From Octopus bimaculoides (taxonomy: Eukaryota): a stretch of 52,406 bases of DNA. The stretch covers positions 10,284,540 through 10,336,945 of the forward strand of contig NC_069000.1 in NCBI RefSeq assembly GCF_001194135.2, given 5' to 3'. Of the stretch, positions 23,708 to 37,134 are shown one piece after another. The position numbers and the translations under genes were made by a program. Positions within the stretch are counted from its first letter, which is position 1; each line of letters begins with the position of its first letter. The notes below the pieces were generated by a model that saw nothing but the letters and a program-made list of their open reading frames with translations, was not told the origin of the DNA and searched no databases.

Positions 23708-24544
23708 AAGAAGTTCTAGGAAGCACGTGCATGCAAGTTGTGATTTGGAAATATGAATGGTTTTTCTAACAAATTTAAGTGTCTATGAAGTCATAGCAGA
23801 CAGAGATATCTTCCCAGACATTCCATCCATCACCCAGAGGATGTGACCCCTGGAGTGAGGGAGGGCCAATTGCAGCTGGATAAACTAGAGCAACATGAAA
23901 TGATGTACTTTATTCAAAGACACAATGGCCCTTGTCCAGTCCAGAAACTTAACCTATATATGATTACAAACCAAACTCCTTAACACCAATGCCAACTTCC
24001 TTCACCAAAAAATGATTTATAGCAGAATTTTTTTTTAAATGTTCCAGAAAATAATGTGTGTAGGATATGATATATGAAACTGAATTATGTTAATTATGAA
24101 GTAATTTACATAATTAAATTATTTGAAAACAACAAAAAAGTTGTTTACCTGAAAGAATATTACAATGCCTGATCTTTTATTTATATAATAACAAGAAACA
24201 AAGGGTTAAATGTTAAACTAATTATTTACAAATCATCAGCCAATTATGGCAAATGGTGTGATTAAATCAGTGCATGCGTGGGAAACAGCAACAGGAGATA
24301 TCAAATTAATATTGTGATAAATTATTTTATGAAACTAAACATTGTTTTTGATTTTTTTTTTTTTTTGCTGTTGTTTTTTTTTGTTTGTTTTTTGCTTCTT
24401 TTTGCAGTAGATATAGAAAGTATTTCTTCTTGGATTGATAGAGAAAGAAAATTAAGTTTTTGATTAATTACTTATATTAATTAGGAGATGAAAGACTACA
24501 AAAAAACAAAAAAACATACATTGGGCCCCTTTTCTATACTTGTT

Positions 24545-24895
24545 TATCATCATCTTTCTAACGTCCACTTTTCCATGCTTGCATGGGTCAGATGAAATTC
24601 ATTGAAGCAGATTTTCTATGGCTGAATGTCCTTTCTCTCCCCAACCTTCACTTATTTCAAAACAAAAGTAAAATTTCCCTCATGACCATACATTTTCATG
24701 GTAGACTGCATACACATTACACCCTCGTATGATGTTGAAACCCACTGACAACGAATGCTACCCACAAGGTATACGTGAGCCAAAAGATATAGAAGAACTC
24801 AAGACTACAGTAGAAGAAATTTGCCCATGGTCTCACACAGTAAGACTTATCCCAAAACCATGTGAATGGGAAGCACATGCTTTTACCATACAACT
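24545..24895 (-). mobile_element. SINE with A-type head and C-type tail, diverged
   Basis: atcatcatc...aacgtccacttttccatgcttgcatgggtcaga at the left; aaaaccatgtgaatgggaagcacatgcttttaccatacaac head at the right. Confidence 0.65.
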
Positions 24896-25324
24896 AGGTC
24901 TGTATCTACTAGGAAAGTATAAGATGTACTATGTAGATGAAAGATGATGGTATGGTAAAATACACTTAGTTCATGCTAGGTATGTTTTATCATACACCAT
25001 TTGCATTTTATTGTCAAATAATTGGAGATGGGATGAAATTGGACACAACTTTGACCAATCTTGGATAGGACACTTTATTCTACATTGCTCCAGTTCACTA
25101 ACTTACCATAACGTGGATAGCCCATCACTGAGTAGAGTTAGTTTTCTGTAATAGACTGGTATATTATCCTGGGAGAGATTTACCATTCTTCATACAATAG
25201 AACTGAAGTTAGCCACTAGTCTTCAAGAGCCAGGAATTAGGACACATCTAGATCTACCAAATACTACTGCACAGTTCACAGTTGAATATTTAAAAAACAA
25301 ATGCCATATAGACTCAGCTAGACT

Positions 25325-25680
25325 TGGTTGTGTGGTTAAGAAACTCACTTTGCAGCCACGTGGTTTCAAACTGAATCCCACTGTGTGGCACCTTGGGGTA
25401 AGAGTCTTCTACTGTTGTCCAGAGCCAACCAGTGCCATGTGGATGAATCTTATAGATGGAAACTGTGTTGAACCTGCATTGCACACGCATGCATGTGTAT
25501 TTGTGCTTATGTCCATTCACTCAACAACCAATGTTAGTTTGTTTACATAACTATAACTTAGTGGTTCAGCAAAAAAGATCAATACAATAATAAGTACTAG
25601 GTGTCGATCTATTTGTCTAAAACCCTTTAAGGCAGTGCTCCAGTATGGCCGCAGCCCAATGACTGAAACAAGCAAAAGCG
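25325..25680 (+). mobile_element. SINE family A, diverged
   Basis: tggttgtgtggttaagaa head ... gtgctccagtatggccgcagcccaatgactgaaacaagcaaaag tail. Confidence 0.8.
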
Positions 25681-26953
25681 AAAACATATAGTTGTAGTTT
25701 ATCATATGCAATCTCTCAACAGAGTAATACTGCTTACTTTTCAGGTCCTCCAGAGAGAGAGAGAGAGAGAGCGAGAAAGAGAAAAATAGAGGGAGACAGA
25801 AAATGAGAGAGAGACAGAAAAGGAGAGAGAAAAAGAGAGAGTAGAGACAGAAAAAGAGGGAGAGAGAAATGGGAGGATGTTTAAATAGTTAAACAGTTTT
25901 TGGTTTGAACTCTTGAAGATCAATGTTTGAAGAGAAAAACACAAGCAAAGTAAAGATGGAATAAACATTCAGACAGATGTAGTTCCTACAGAGGAAGAAT
26001 TCAGTAAATTGTTAATGCAGGAACATCAAAATATTTGAGGTACCTTGTAAACAATCTAATGCTTAAAAGTTGGTCAATGCACTACTTTTTACCATTAAGC
26101 AAAAAAACAAACAAAAAAAAGTAATGGCATGAGGGTGGCAAATTATTAGAGTTGTTAAGATTGTTGGATGAAATGCTTTGTGGCATTTGTTCTAATCCTT
26201 TGGGTACTGAGTTCAAATCTGGCCATGGTCAACATGAATTTTCATTCAGAAGTTAATAAAAGCTGTCAACCCCTGAATGGTGGATTGGCAGAATTCTAAG
26301 AATGCTAAAGCAGATGCCCTGCAGTAGTTGCTCCAGTGTTTCTGCACACTGAGTTCAAATCTCAACGAAGCTTACTTGGGTAGCCTTGGGTACTTAATCT
26401 GATATTCAGTTCGACATCAGCTTTGTTTCCATCAATTCAGAACAGTGGTTCTTAAATGGTACATTACAAGAGGTATTTAGGTGCTTCACAGAAGTTTAAA
26501 AATATAATTTAGGGTTTCAGAAATTCCATACAAATATATATAAATTCCATATATATAGTTAAAGATTGTACAAAAAACATAAAACAGAAGACAGAGACAG
26601 GTGAGGAAATAACAAAGAAAGTTCATTAGTTTGACACCCAGGGAAACTGGAGGAGTTCTTGATATTCTGAGCCTATGCTCTTCTGCAGAAGGGAAAGAGG
26701 AAAAAAAAAACATGGAGAGGGGAGAGAGAAAACAAAACATGCTTGGATGAACAGCTTTGCATGTTGGATTGACCGGAAGGAAAGGTTGGTGGACCCTAAT
26801 TTGATCCTGTCAGTTTAAACTTCCTCCTCTCTTCTACTTTCTTCTCACTCCTTTGGTACCTCTCCTGAACCACTTTACCACCACCAGGATTATCACAAGA
26901 ACTTAACACTTCTTTGACATTACCATCCTGGATTTTCCTGTACATTCTTGTTG

Positions 26954-26994
<41 letters not shown>

Positions 26995-27419
26995 NNNNNN
27001 NNNNNNNNNNNNNNNNNNNNNNNNNNNNNNNNNNNNNNNNNNNNNNNNNNNNNNNNNNNNNNNNNNNNNNNNNNNNNNNNNNNNNNNNNNNNNNNNNNNN
27101 NNNNNNNNNNNNNNNNNNNNNNNNNNNNNNNNNNNNNNNNNNNNNNNNNNNNNNNNNNNNNNNNNNNNNNNNNNNNNNNNNNNNNNNNNNNNNNNNNNNN
27201 NNNNNNNNNNNNNNNNNNNNNNNNNNNNNNNNNNNNNNNNNNNNNNNNNNNNNNNNNNNNNNNNNNNNNNNNNNNNNNNNNNNNNNNNNNNNNNNNNNNN
27301 NNNNNNNNNNNNNNNNNNNNNNNNNNNNNNNNNNNNNNNNNNNNNNNNNNNNNNNNNNNNNNNNNNNNNNNNNNNNNNNNNNNNNNNNNNNNNNNNNNNN
27401 NNNNNNNNNNNNNNNNNNN
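26995..27419. other. Assembly gap
   Basis: N run after (TA)n. Confidence 1.
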
Positions 27420-27984
27420 ACATGCATGTGCGTGTATACATATACACACACATACTCACACTCACACTTGGCTGCCTTGAAAAACCTGTTAGTTATAATT
27501 TTATATGACTCATAAAACAAGGAGCAACAAAAGTTCTCCATGTTTTTAACTTTAACTTTCCTTTTTTATTTTATTTTATTTTATTTTATCTTATTTTATT
27601 TTTCAAACTTTCAAAGCAAAGTGCATCAGCAATTTCTCATTTGATTTCTGATGCAACATGAAGTCAAAAAAAAAAAAAAGAAAAGAAAAATCATTGGAAA
27701 CCAGCGATCTAGAAATTTGACTTTGAAGTTAATTACTCATTTCATGTTAAAAACTCATTTCACCGACTTCTCTGTCAGCATCTATTATATACCTTGCCCA
27801 CCCTAGCATATAAGAAAGACAAGCCTAACAATTAGTCATGATGTTGGAAACAAGACTAACACAGAGACACAGTTCAGGTACAGAGTACCATCAACGGTAC
27901 ATGCTGCTGGTTGCTAAGATCTACAAGGCAAAGAAAACTTTCCGAAAGCTATTACATTGTTCATTCTAATATCTACTTTTCCAC

Positions 27985-28185
27985 ACTCACAGGGCTTGGA
28001 TTGGAGATTATTGAGTCCGGGTTTTCGACAGCTGGACACCCTCCCAGTCACCAACCCATACCTGTTTCTAAGCAATGTGATATTTCCCATGACCAGACAT
28101 GTTTTCTCTGAACATAGGAAATGTATGATGCTGCTCATACAACAGTGACGCTTATTTACAATCATCACGCAATGTGAAAGCAAAG
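27985..28185 (-). mobile_element. C-type SINE tail/body, diverged
   Basis: cagctggacaccctcccagtcaccaacccatacctgtttctaagcaa is the reverse complement of the tail at 48420-48480. Confidence 0.65.
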
Positions 28186-28257
28186 AGACACAAGCGTATA
28201 CACAACACAAGTACACACACGCACACACCCATATATATATATATATATATATATGCA

Positions 28258-28650
28258 GCTGTGGCTGTGTGTTAAGAAGCTTGATTCTCAACCACATGGT
28301 TCCGGGTTTAGTCCCACCACGTGACAACTTGGGCAAGTGTCTTCTACTATAGCCTCGAGCCAACCAAAGCCTTGTGAGTGGAGATGGTAGACAGAAACTG
28401 AAAGAAGCCCATCATATGTGTATATATATTTGCGTGTGTGTCTTTTTGTTTGTGTTTGTCCCCCACCACCACCACCTGACAACTTGTATCGATGTATTTA
28501 TGTCCCTGTAACTAAGCAGATCAGCAAAAGAGACTGATAGAAGTACTAGGCCTTAAAAAAAATAAAAGTAAGTCATGGGGTCGATTTGTTTGAATAAAAC
28601 CCTTTAAGGTGGCACTCCTTCATGGCTACAGTCAAATGACTGAAACAAAT
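28258..28650 (+). mobile_element. SINE family A, full length
   Basis: gtggctgtgtgttaagaagcttg...ggttccgggtttagtccc head, microsatellite middle, cagtcaaatgactgaaacaa tail. Confidence 0.88.
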
Positions 28651-28700
28651 GAATGATCAAAGATATATATATCCATATATATATATATATATATATATAT

Positions 28701-28833
28701 GGTTGGCGTTAGGAAGGGCATCCAGCTGTAGAAACTCTGCCAAATTAGATTGGAGCCTGGTGTAGCCATCCGGTTGCACCAGTCCTCAGTCAAATCGTCC
28801 AACCCATGCTAGCATGGAAAGCGGACGTTAAAC

Positions 28834-28884
<51 letters not shown>
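28701..28884 (+). mobile_element. Family C retroposon 3' end with long (GAT)n tail, young copy
   Basis: 133 bp identical to 36887-37019; sits in a (TA)n run. Confidence 0.9.
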
Positions 28885-29036
28885 ATGAGCTTCTTTCAGT
28901 TTCTGTCAATCTACTCTCAAACTTTTGGTTGACCTAGGGCTCTGGTAGAAGATATTTGCTCAAGTTGCCACGAGGTGGAACTGAACTGGGAACCATGTGG
29001 TTTGAAAGAAAACTCCTTAACCACACAGTCACACCC
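28885..29036 (-). mobile_element. SINE family A 5' half
   Basis: cttctttcagtttc...gaaccatgtggtttgaaagaaaactccttaaccacacagtcac. Confidence 0.75.
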
Positions 29037-29141
29037 ACTTTGTAGGTTTAAAGAAAATTAGTTGCTAAGAAAGATATTAGTGGTCAATCACCTTTCCTAC
29101 ACAACTTGATAGCAACAATAACTGCTGTGTGTGTGAGAGAA

Positions 29142-29179
<38 letters not shown>

Positions 29180-29831
29180 TAATAGAGACAGATAGATAGA
29201 GATTCAGTTTGTAGTACCAAACTCCATCTTTAAAGTCATGAGTACACACGAGTGCGGAGACATTTCAAGCAGGCTGGCTGTGAACCGACAATTCCCAGTG
29301 CATTAAGTACATTGCAACATCAAACAATGCCTGCAGTCAACTTTACAAAATAAGAAAAAAACAAAAAAAAAACAAAACAAAACACTACACAGACTGGCAG
29401 TAATGTCAACTAGCAAAGTGCGTATGTATGCTTGTGTACATGCACTTGTGTGTGCATATATGTGTATGTGTGTGTGTGTGTATTTATTAACCTGTTTTAT
29501 GTAAAATAACGACTTGGACTGAATATTTTTCATTTTCTTTTCTTCTTTGTTCTGTATTCTCCCCCCCCCCTCACGCCCCTATTTCTCATTTATCTCTTTT
29601 TTTTCAATTGTTCTAAAAACAAACAGTATCTCTTCAATTCTACAGTTGAATTTTCCTGGCTCTTTCTTTAAGACATTGAGAAATAGTTTTCTTTGTTTTT
29701 CCTTTTATCTTTCTTTCTTTCTTTTTATTCTACCACTTTTTACAATTGTTTCTTTGTATTAGCTGTTTTCTATTTTCTTTTCTTTTTTGACTTGAAATCT
29801 AATTAGATTAGAGCAATTGCGTTAATTAATT

Positions 29832-30002
29832 NNNNNNNNNNNNNNNNNNNNNNNNNNNNNNNNNNNNNNNNNNNNNNNNNNNNNNNNNNNNNNNNNNNNN
29901 NNNNNNNNNNNNNNNNNNNNNNNNNNNNNNNNNNNNNNNNNNNNNNNNNNNNNNNNNNNNNNNNNNNNNNNNNNNNNNNNNNNNNNNNNNNNNNNNNNNN
30001 NN
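29832..30002. other. Assembly gap
   Basis: N run. Confidence 1.
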
Positions 30003-30255
30003 GCGATGGAAGAATTATAAGTAAAACAGGTTTTCAGAGCGGGTTCTAACAGGGTATTAACTGTAGGGGTACTTAGCTCTTGTTTTGTGGGGTACCGGTC
30101 AAGGGATGCTGGAAAGTTTAAATCTCCCTTAGACTTCCCCATGGCCAGACATTTTTTGTGGAAGATTGGAAACAAGCAACATTGCTCGTATGGTGGTGAG
30201 GTTTGTTTGCAGACATCACATGATCTTAAGACAAGAATACACACAAACATATACA

Positions 30256-30396
30256 CAGCCGTGTGGTAAGAATTTTCCTTCTCAACCACATGGTTCTTGG
30301 TTCAGTCCCACTGTGTAGCATCTTAGAGAAGTGTCTTCAGCTATAGCCTTGGGCTGACCAAAGCCTTGTGAGTGGATTTGGTAGACAGAACTAAAA
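30256..30396 (+). mobile_element. SINE family A 5' half
   Basis: cagccgtgtggtaag...ggttcagtcccactg...agccttgtgagtggatttggtagac. Confidence 0.85.
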
Positions 30397-30623
30397 GGCG
30401 GTGAGCTGGCAGAAACGTTAGCATGCTGAGCGAAATGCTTAGCGGTATTTCGTTCTAAGTCTTTACAATCTGAGTTCAAATTCCACCGAGGTCGACTTTG
30501 CTTTTCCTCCTTTCAGGGTCAATAAATTAAGTACCAGTTACGCACTGGGGTCGATGTAATTGAGTTAATCCCTTGTTTGTCCCCTCTATGTTTAGCCCCT
30601 TGTGGGCAGTAAAGAAATAAGAA
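30397..30623 (+). mobile_element. SINE family B, full length, directly abutting the A fragment
   Basis: ggcggtgagctggcagaaacgttagc...tttagccccttgtgggcagtaaagaaataag. Confidence 0.9.
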
Positions 30624-31039
30624 AATATTGCAATCCTGACAAATGTCAAATGACGATGATGACGACGATGACGACAATGAAGGATTTCCATGAATTATAA
30701 TAGCAATGATGGTGGTGACAGCAATTAAGATTGTGGTAATGTTGTGAAAACAATCTAAAGATTGCTTCTCATACTTCGAAGGGATTGCTTAGGCAAGTTA
30801 ATCTTCTAAATTATATTTGAACATTAACACCCTATGGTTGTTTATATGTACACATATACAGAAAGTGAGAGAGATGAGGAGAGAGAGAGAGAGAAAGTGT
30901 TGGTGCATGGCTACGAATGTTTATATCTGGTATTACTCTTCTATGTAAACGCCACAGAAATGGAATTTCTTCAATAATATGGCAGCAGAATGGAAAGCTG
31001 ACAAAAATACTATCAGAAAATATCATGCAATAACAGAGC

Positions 31040-31400
31040 AGAAAGGTGTTAGAGAAAGAAGGAAAGAAAAGTGGCAAAAAAGATGAAAGGTGTGGGTGGG
31101 GGGAAGAAGGAGAGTGTGGATAGGGGGGAGGGAGAGGAAGGTGGAGCAAGAGGACAGAAAGAGTGTAGTGAGAAAGAAAAAGAAGGAATGAAAAAGAAGA
31201 AAAAAGACGATTAAAGATAACAGAAATATATTTAAGAAGAAGAAAATCAGAAGGTTGAAGATAAAAGTGAAGGAAGAAAAGGAGGAAAAATAGAAAGAGG
31301 ACAAAGAGGAAAAAAAGATGAAAATAAAAGATATGGAGACATGGAAACGGTAAGAGAGGGATAGGGGAGGGGAAGAATAGGTAAGACCATTTTACTTTTA
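31040..31400. repeat. Purine-rich low-complexity tract
   Basis: Almost pure A/G on the + strand; source of the Phe/Leu/Ser-rich minus-strand ORFs. Confidence 0.8.
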
Positions 31401-33112
31401 CTGATTGTATTTGTGAAGAAAAAGAAAAGGGCCACTTTCTTTTCTCCCCCTCTTTGTTTTATTTGTTTTATTTATTTATTTATTTTTTCTTTTACAATGA
31501 AGATTGAAAAATGAGATAAAAACCTCCTGAACTGTGCAACAGAAAAAAGATATAGAGGTAAGAAAGACAACAAGAAGAAGTAACCAAAAAAAAAAAAAAA
31601 GAAAAAAAAAATGAAGAAAAAAAAGATATTAACACCATCTGAGGGAATTAGAATGTGCGATGCAGTATAAGTCTTTACCCAACGAGTAGTTCTTAGATCA
31701 AATGGTGTTTCTTCACAGACTTGGAGCTACTGAAACAACCATATCGAAAAGACAAGAAAAATTTTTTTAAAAAAGGGAGAAAAGAAAGAAGAAAAAAAGG
31801 GTAGCAGACATTCTTCCTTCAGTGAAACAATTTGACACCTATCCGTACATCTGCACACATGCATGAGAGGAGATGGAACGATACAGCAGTAGTAAGTTTA
31901 TATGCAACCTGTTAAAAATTTATTTTCAGTATATTTCTTATTCATTATCTTTGAAGCAAGTGTAAAAATTAAGAACCGAGAGTTATCTTCTGTCTTTTTG
32001 CATCACAACCATTAACTAATCAGGAATATTTATCACTGAGAGATTAGCTACACAGACACTTTTGAGTAAGATGATTATCCAGTTTCTCTATTTTCACAGA
32101 AGCTAGATGACGGAGTGTAATTTTCAGCAGATTTGGCTGCTATTTCTAGAAAGTCAAGCAATGAGAGAGTGTCTCTGATTGGTTCAGTCAAGGTAGTGTG
32201 TTGATGATTATGATGATGGTGGTGAAGTTGTGCCTTTGACCAACTTCATTTGGAGTAAAAGTGCAAATTATTTGACAACTGATATTGGTTTGTTTATATC
32301 CATGTCATTTAGCAGTGTGGCAGAAAACCAATCAAATAAGTACAAGACTTCAAAAAAAAGAAAAAAAGAAGTACAGGGAACCATTTGTTTGACTAGAATA
32401 TTTCAAGGTGGTGCCCCAGAATGGCTACATTCCAATGACTGAAACAAGTAAAAAACAAAGAAAGAGTTTTTCAGGAAACAGTAGAACTGAACTTCACCTT
32501 TCTTGTAGTTTCCTCGAGAAATAGGGGAGGAGGGACAAGAAAAAAAATGAACCTTACATTTCTGACCAAAACGTTATTTAATTATCTATATCATAATCAA
32601 AGGTGATTAATTCTTTCTTAGAATTGAAGTCACAATGCTTCAAGCAAACTGTAAACACTTTCAGAAGCATTTTATTTGGAATATTTAAAACGGCAAGAGA
32701 AGGGTCTTGAGGTTAGAAATGTCAGAAGGTCAAATGCCGGGACTGTATGATTATGGATCAACCCAACAGATAATTAAATAAAAGAGAATTCCTAAAGAAG
32801 ATCATTGTAATTCCAGAAGCTAACCAAAGAAATAATGCCGACTACAAAAAGACAAATAAGGTAATGAAAACTCAATGGCTGGCATTCGGCAGCAGTGTGT
32901 CTGTTTGTGTGTGTGTGTGTGTGTGCATGCGCATGTGATAGATAGAGAGTGACAGAGAGAGAGAGAGAGAGAGCTATACAATACGAAGTATTTATTATAA
33001 TATCTTTTAATACTGTTCATATATCATTAACCCACCATGAGTCCCGACAATCAATCAGCATAATCACCTTTGTCATGATATTGTTATTCATTTGTAAGGA
33101 ACAGAGAACCCT

Positions 33113-33265
33113 CTGTGGTTAGAAAGATTGCTTCCAAGCAATACAGTTTGGGGTTCAATCCCATGGTGTGGTACCTCAGGCAAGTATCGTGTACTATAGG
33201 CTCAGGTCGATCAAAATTTAGTGAGTGGATTTTGCAGACGGAAACTGAAAGAAGCCCATCATATG
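33113..33265 (+). mobile_element. SINE family A 5' half, diverged
   Basis: gggttcaatccc B box...gtgagtggattttgcagacggaaactgaaagaagccc. Confidence 0.75.
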
Positions 33266-33439
33266 TTGTTGCATGATACTTGTAGACAAGTGTTATTGTC
33301 ATACAAGCAGTACCTGTTTTTTCGAATCTTTTATGATGGCATACTTGCCCAAGATACCACACAGGAGGATAGAATCCAAAATCTCATGGTAGAGAAGCAA
33401 ACATCATATCCAAACGGCCATTCTTCATATACTTGTATG

Positions 33440-33519
33440 TTTTCTGAACCGCTAAGTTACAGGGATGTAAACACACACACACATATACATACACACATAC
33501 ATACATACATACATGTAAA

Positions 33520-33593
<74 letters not shown>

Positions 33594-33736
33594 AATTTTT
33601 GGCAACCAAATCCACTCACAAGGCTCTGGTCAGTCAGAGGCTATAATAGAAGACACTTGCCCAAGGTGCTATGCTACGTGACTGAACCCAGAATCATGTG
33701 GTTGGGAAGCAAGCTTCTTACCACACAGCCACTACC
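33440..33736 (-). mobile_element. SINE family A with expanded internal (TA)(GA) microsatellite
   Basis: gaaccgctaagttacagggatgtaaacac ... accaaatccactcacaaggc...ttcttaccacacagccac. Confidence 0.85.
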
Positions 33737-34182
33737 TATGAGTTTGTAAAATTAAATTCATTATTATTTTTGTTTTACTCAAAAACAGAAACACCCAAAC
33801 TGGTTCTTTCTTATACACTTGCAATTCACTCCTGGTATCAAATAAGGTTTTTCCTTTACACCTGCATTACATCAGTTAGTCAACCTAGCTGGTAAGATCT
33901 ATTCCACTCCCATTTTCACAGCGAGGTGGTTGACAATAAGATGAGAGAGAGAGAGAGAGAGAAAACGGAGCAACTATAAATGATTTTGTTCTGACAGTAT
34001 GGAAATGTCTAAATATTGCACTAACCAATCTCACCATAGCAACATGAATAAAAACGGATGGATGGATGGATGGATGTAGACTAGTAAATACTAAAAACAA
34101 TTTGGGTTTAGATGTTGCATGAAATAATTAAATTATCATTCTTTTCTCTCATTTTTTTTGTCTTTTTTCAATTACCAGCCTC

Positions 34183-34232
<50 letters not shown>

Positions 34233-36868
34233 TACATATACAGGTTTCTTTTTTCTCTTCCTCCCATCCTCCCCCCCCTTTTCTTTTTGGGTCTTTTCCC
34301 AACCCTTAATTGAAGAGATACAGAATAACTCTCAGAAATCTAATGGATATATAATAATGAATAAATATGATAGCGAAAAAGGAAAAAGAGGATGGATTAT
34401 TAGATAAAAGATTATTATAAAAGATTTAGGTTGAAATTGCAGTTCAGATAACATTATACAAAACATACAATTATCTATAGCATTAATGATGTCAAGCTTT
34501 GTTACACACACACACACACACATAAACGCACATGTGTACGTATGAACACAAGGACACACAAACACACGAGCACGTGTGCACACATAAGAGAACAAACCGA
34601 ACTTATGTAAGCAAGTAAAAAGAAGATGGATTCAAATAATAATCAGGATGAATAAACATGAGGAATTGGTTGCTGGAGAAACAGGTGGCAGTAGAATGGA
34701 GGAAACGGTTTGAGACTGAAGGAAATATTACTGTCAGAGTTTGGGAAAAAGAGGGGGTATTATTAGCAATATATTAGATAAGATAGGGAAGAGAAAAGGG
34801 GGAGGAGGATTAAAGTTTATCGCATAAATATAGGGTTGTTAGCCTATTCCAACCAACAAGCCTGCAATAGTCTCTCTCTCTCTCTCTCTCTCTCATACAT
34901 TGTCTCTCTCTGTCTCTGTCTTTCTCATATATTGTCTGTCTATCTCTCTCTCTCTCTCTCTCAAGCTTTCTCATACATTGTCTGTTTGTCTCTTTCTCTC
35001 TCTCTCTCTCTCTCATATACACATACATGGTGTCTCTCAACAAAATTGAATATTGCCATAAAAATTCATGCACAAACGATTAACATACAGTAAAGACTTC
35101 AGTCGCAAGAAATCATCCTGTTCCATTAGCTACCACCACTACCACCACCACCACTACCACTATCACCAATACCACTATTATTGCTGCTGCTGCTGCTACA
35201 GAATAGCCTTAAATTAGCGATGTAATAGAAGGTAGAAATAGGTTTTATTGCTAAATAATGATTTCCTTGTGAGGAAAAAGAACAATCTATAAATAAATAG
35301 AAAAAAAAAACAAGAAGCAGATGATTTGGCAAAAACAACACATTAAACATTAGTTCACAGTGCTTTGATAGATGAAACTTTAAACTGACTTCACAGATAT
35401 ATTTGCACTAAAACTGTGAGAAACTAAAATTTTAAATACTGTAAAATCAGTATTTTAATACTCGAGGGTTGTGGCAATTAGGATAGGCATAAACAGCACA
35501 CCTGCAGGTGTTACAATAAACAGGCATGGAATGGCGGCATAATTTGACTTCTAAGAGGAAAATTAATTGATTACCATACATTAAAATAGCCCATGTCACC
35601 CAATAGAAGCATTCCAGCCATGGTCATCCCATCAGATGAAAGACATCTAGAGCTACCTTATCGAAGTCCTCTTAGATAGTGAAGTGTGATTTGAAGAGCT
35701 GATTGGCATATTTAGTAGATTAGGAAACCACGTAATTAGGTTAACAGATTAACAAGTGTAGGTGTTTGCTTCTCAACTATGTTGTCATGAGTTCAGTCCC
35801 AATGCATGGTACCTTGGGTAAGTGTCTTCTACTATGCTTCCTATCACCCCCAGCCCCCGCATGCCTATTTCCAAGCAAGGTATAAAAATCTTCCCATACC
35901 TAGATAAGATTGAAAATGAGCAACCTTCCATCATGATGATGAAGATGCTCGCTTACAACCACATACATATATACAATGGGCTTCTTTCAGTTTCAATCTA
36001 TCAAATCCAGTCGTAATGCTTCAGTCAACCTGGGACTAAAGCAGAATTTGGTAAGACCAAAGTGTCACATAGTGGGACTGAAACTCAGGTTTGTAACAAT
36101 TTGTCAGTGTATAAGGATCAGCTAACAATCCGCAGAAATTCCAATATTTTTCTCAAAATAGTTGTTAACATTCCATCATGTGATCAGGTCATGGTGAACA
36201 GTTGAGATTTAATTACAATTGTTACCGTCCACCTATGACATTAATTAACGGAACAGACCAACACTAAGACAGTCTCAGCCAATCTAATGTGACAAATGTG
36301 TGAAAGAACAAAAAGGCCACCTGAAGTAATATTTTCAAACCACAAACAGAAATCACTTAGTGACAATGCAAGTTGGATATTATTAAAAGAAAACTTATTT
36401 TTCGTTTCTTTCTCGGGGTTTGGGGGGGGGGGCAAAAACAAATATTTTTCATTTGAAATTTGGCAGATGCCACCAACTTAAAAATTTATCTTTAATTTAA
36501 TTTATTGTTATTACGGCAAATGTAATCCTTCATGCAGCAAATATCATCACAAACAAGAAAAACTGAAAACAGAGGAGAAATTCTCTGTAATCAGTCAAAT
36601 TACGCAACTTCTGTGTAACAGCTTAAAATCTCATTGAAAATTCTCAGAATAAGAATCACATACACCAAGAACACTATACTCACGGAAAATAATACTAACT
36701 GATTGCTCTCATGCATTTAACTGGCTATCTCCACGTAATGTGTGTTTGAACATAACTGATTGCATTACTTTACATAACAAGACCAGCCTCGTTACAAAAA
36801 TGACTTTTAATTGTTTAAATTCTTTGAATGTTATAACAATTTTCTTTCTATTTTTACATTTTTTCAAT

Positions 36869-37037
36869 CCACTACACTCTCTGAGTGGTTGGCGTTAGGA
36901 AGGGCATCCAGCTGTAGAAACTCTGCCAAATTAGATTGGAGCCTGGTGTAGCCATCCGGTTGCACCAGTCCTCAGTCAAATCGTCCAACCCATGCTAGCA
37001 TGGAAAGCGGACGTTAAACGATGATGATGATGATGAT
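36869..37037 (+). mobile_element. Family C retroposon 3' end with (GAT)n tail, young copy
   Basis: ccactacactctctgagtggttggcgttaggaagggcatccagctg...gcggacgttaaac(gat)n. Confidence 0.9.
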
Positions 37038-37134
37038 ATATTTTTGCCATCATTAGCTGGATCAGTTTGCAAGTTTAAACAGTCAGCCTTCGAAAGAGCA
37101 ACCCTACTGTTTAAACAATTCTTTCAAAATTTTT

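Larger units (their letters stand above)
23141..24030. repeat. Local duplication (23141-23480 vs 23790-24050) of a G-like SINE remnant plus flank
   Basis: agcaacatgaaatgatgtac.tt.ttcaaagacac and gtccagtccagaaact..accta occur in both units, as does the downstream aatgattta.agcagaa. Confidence 0.75.

Noticed and set aside
26790-26945. Minus-strand 49-aa ORF MYRKIQDGNVKEVLSSCDNPGGGKVVQERYQR...
   Set aside because: Short, partly a purine-rich low-complexity tract, no splice or homology support
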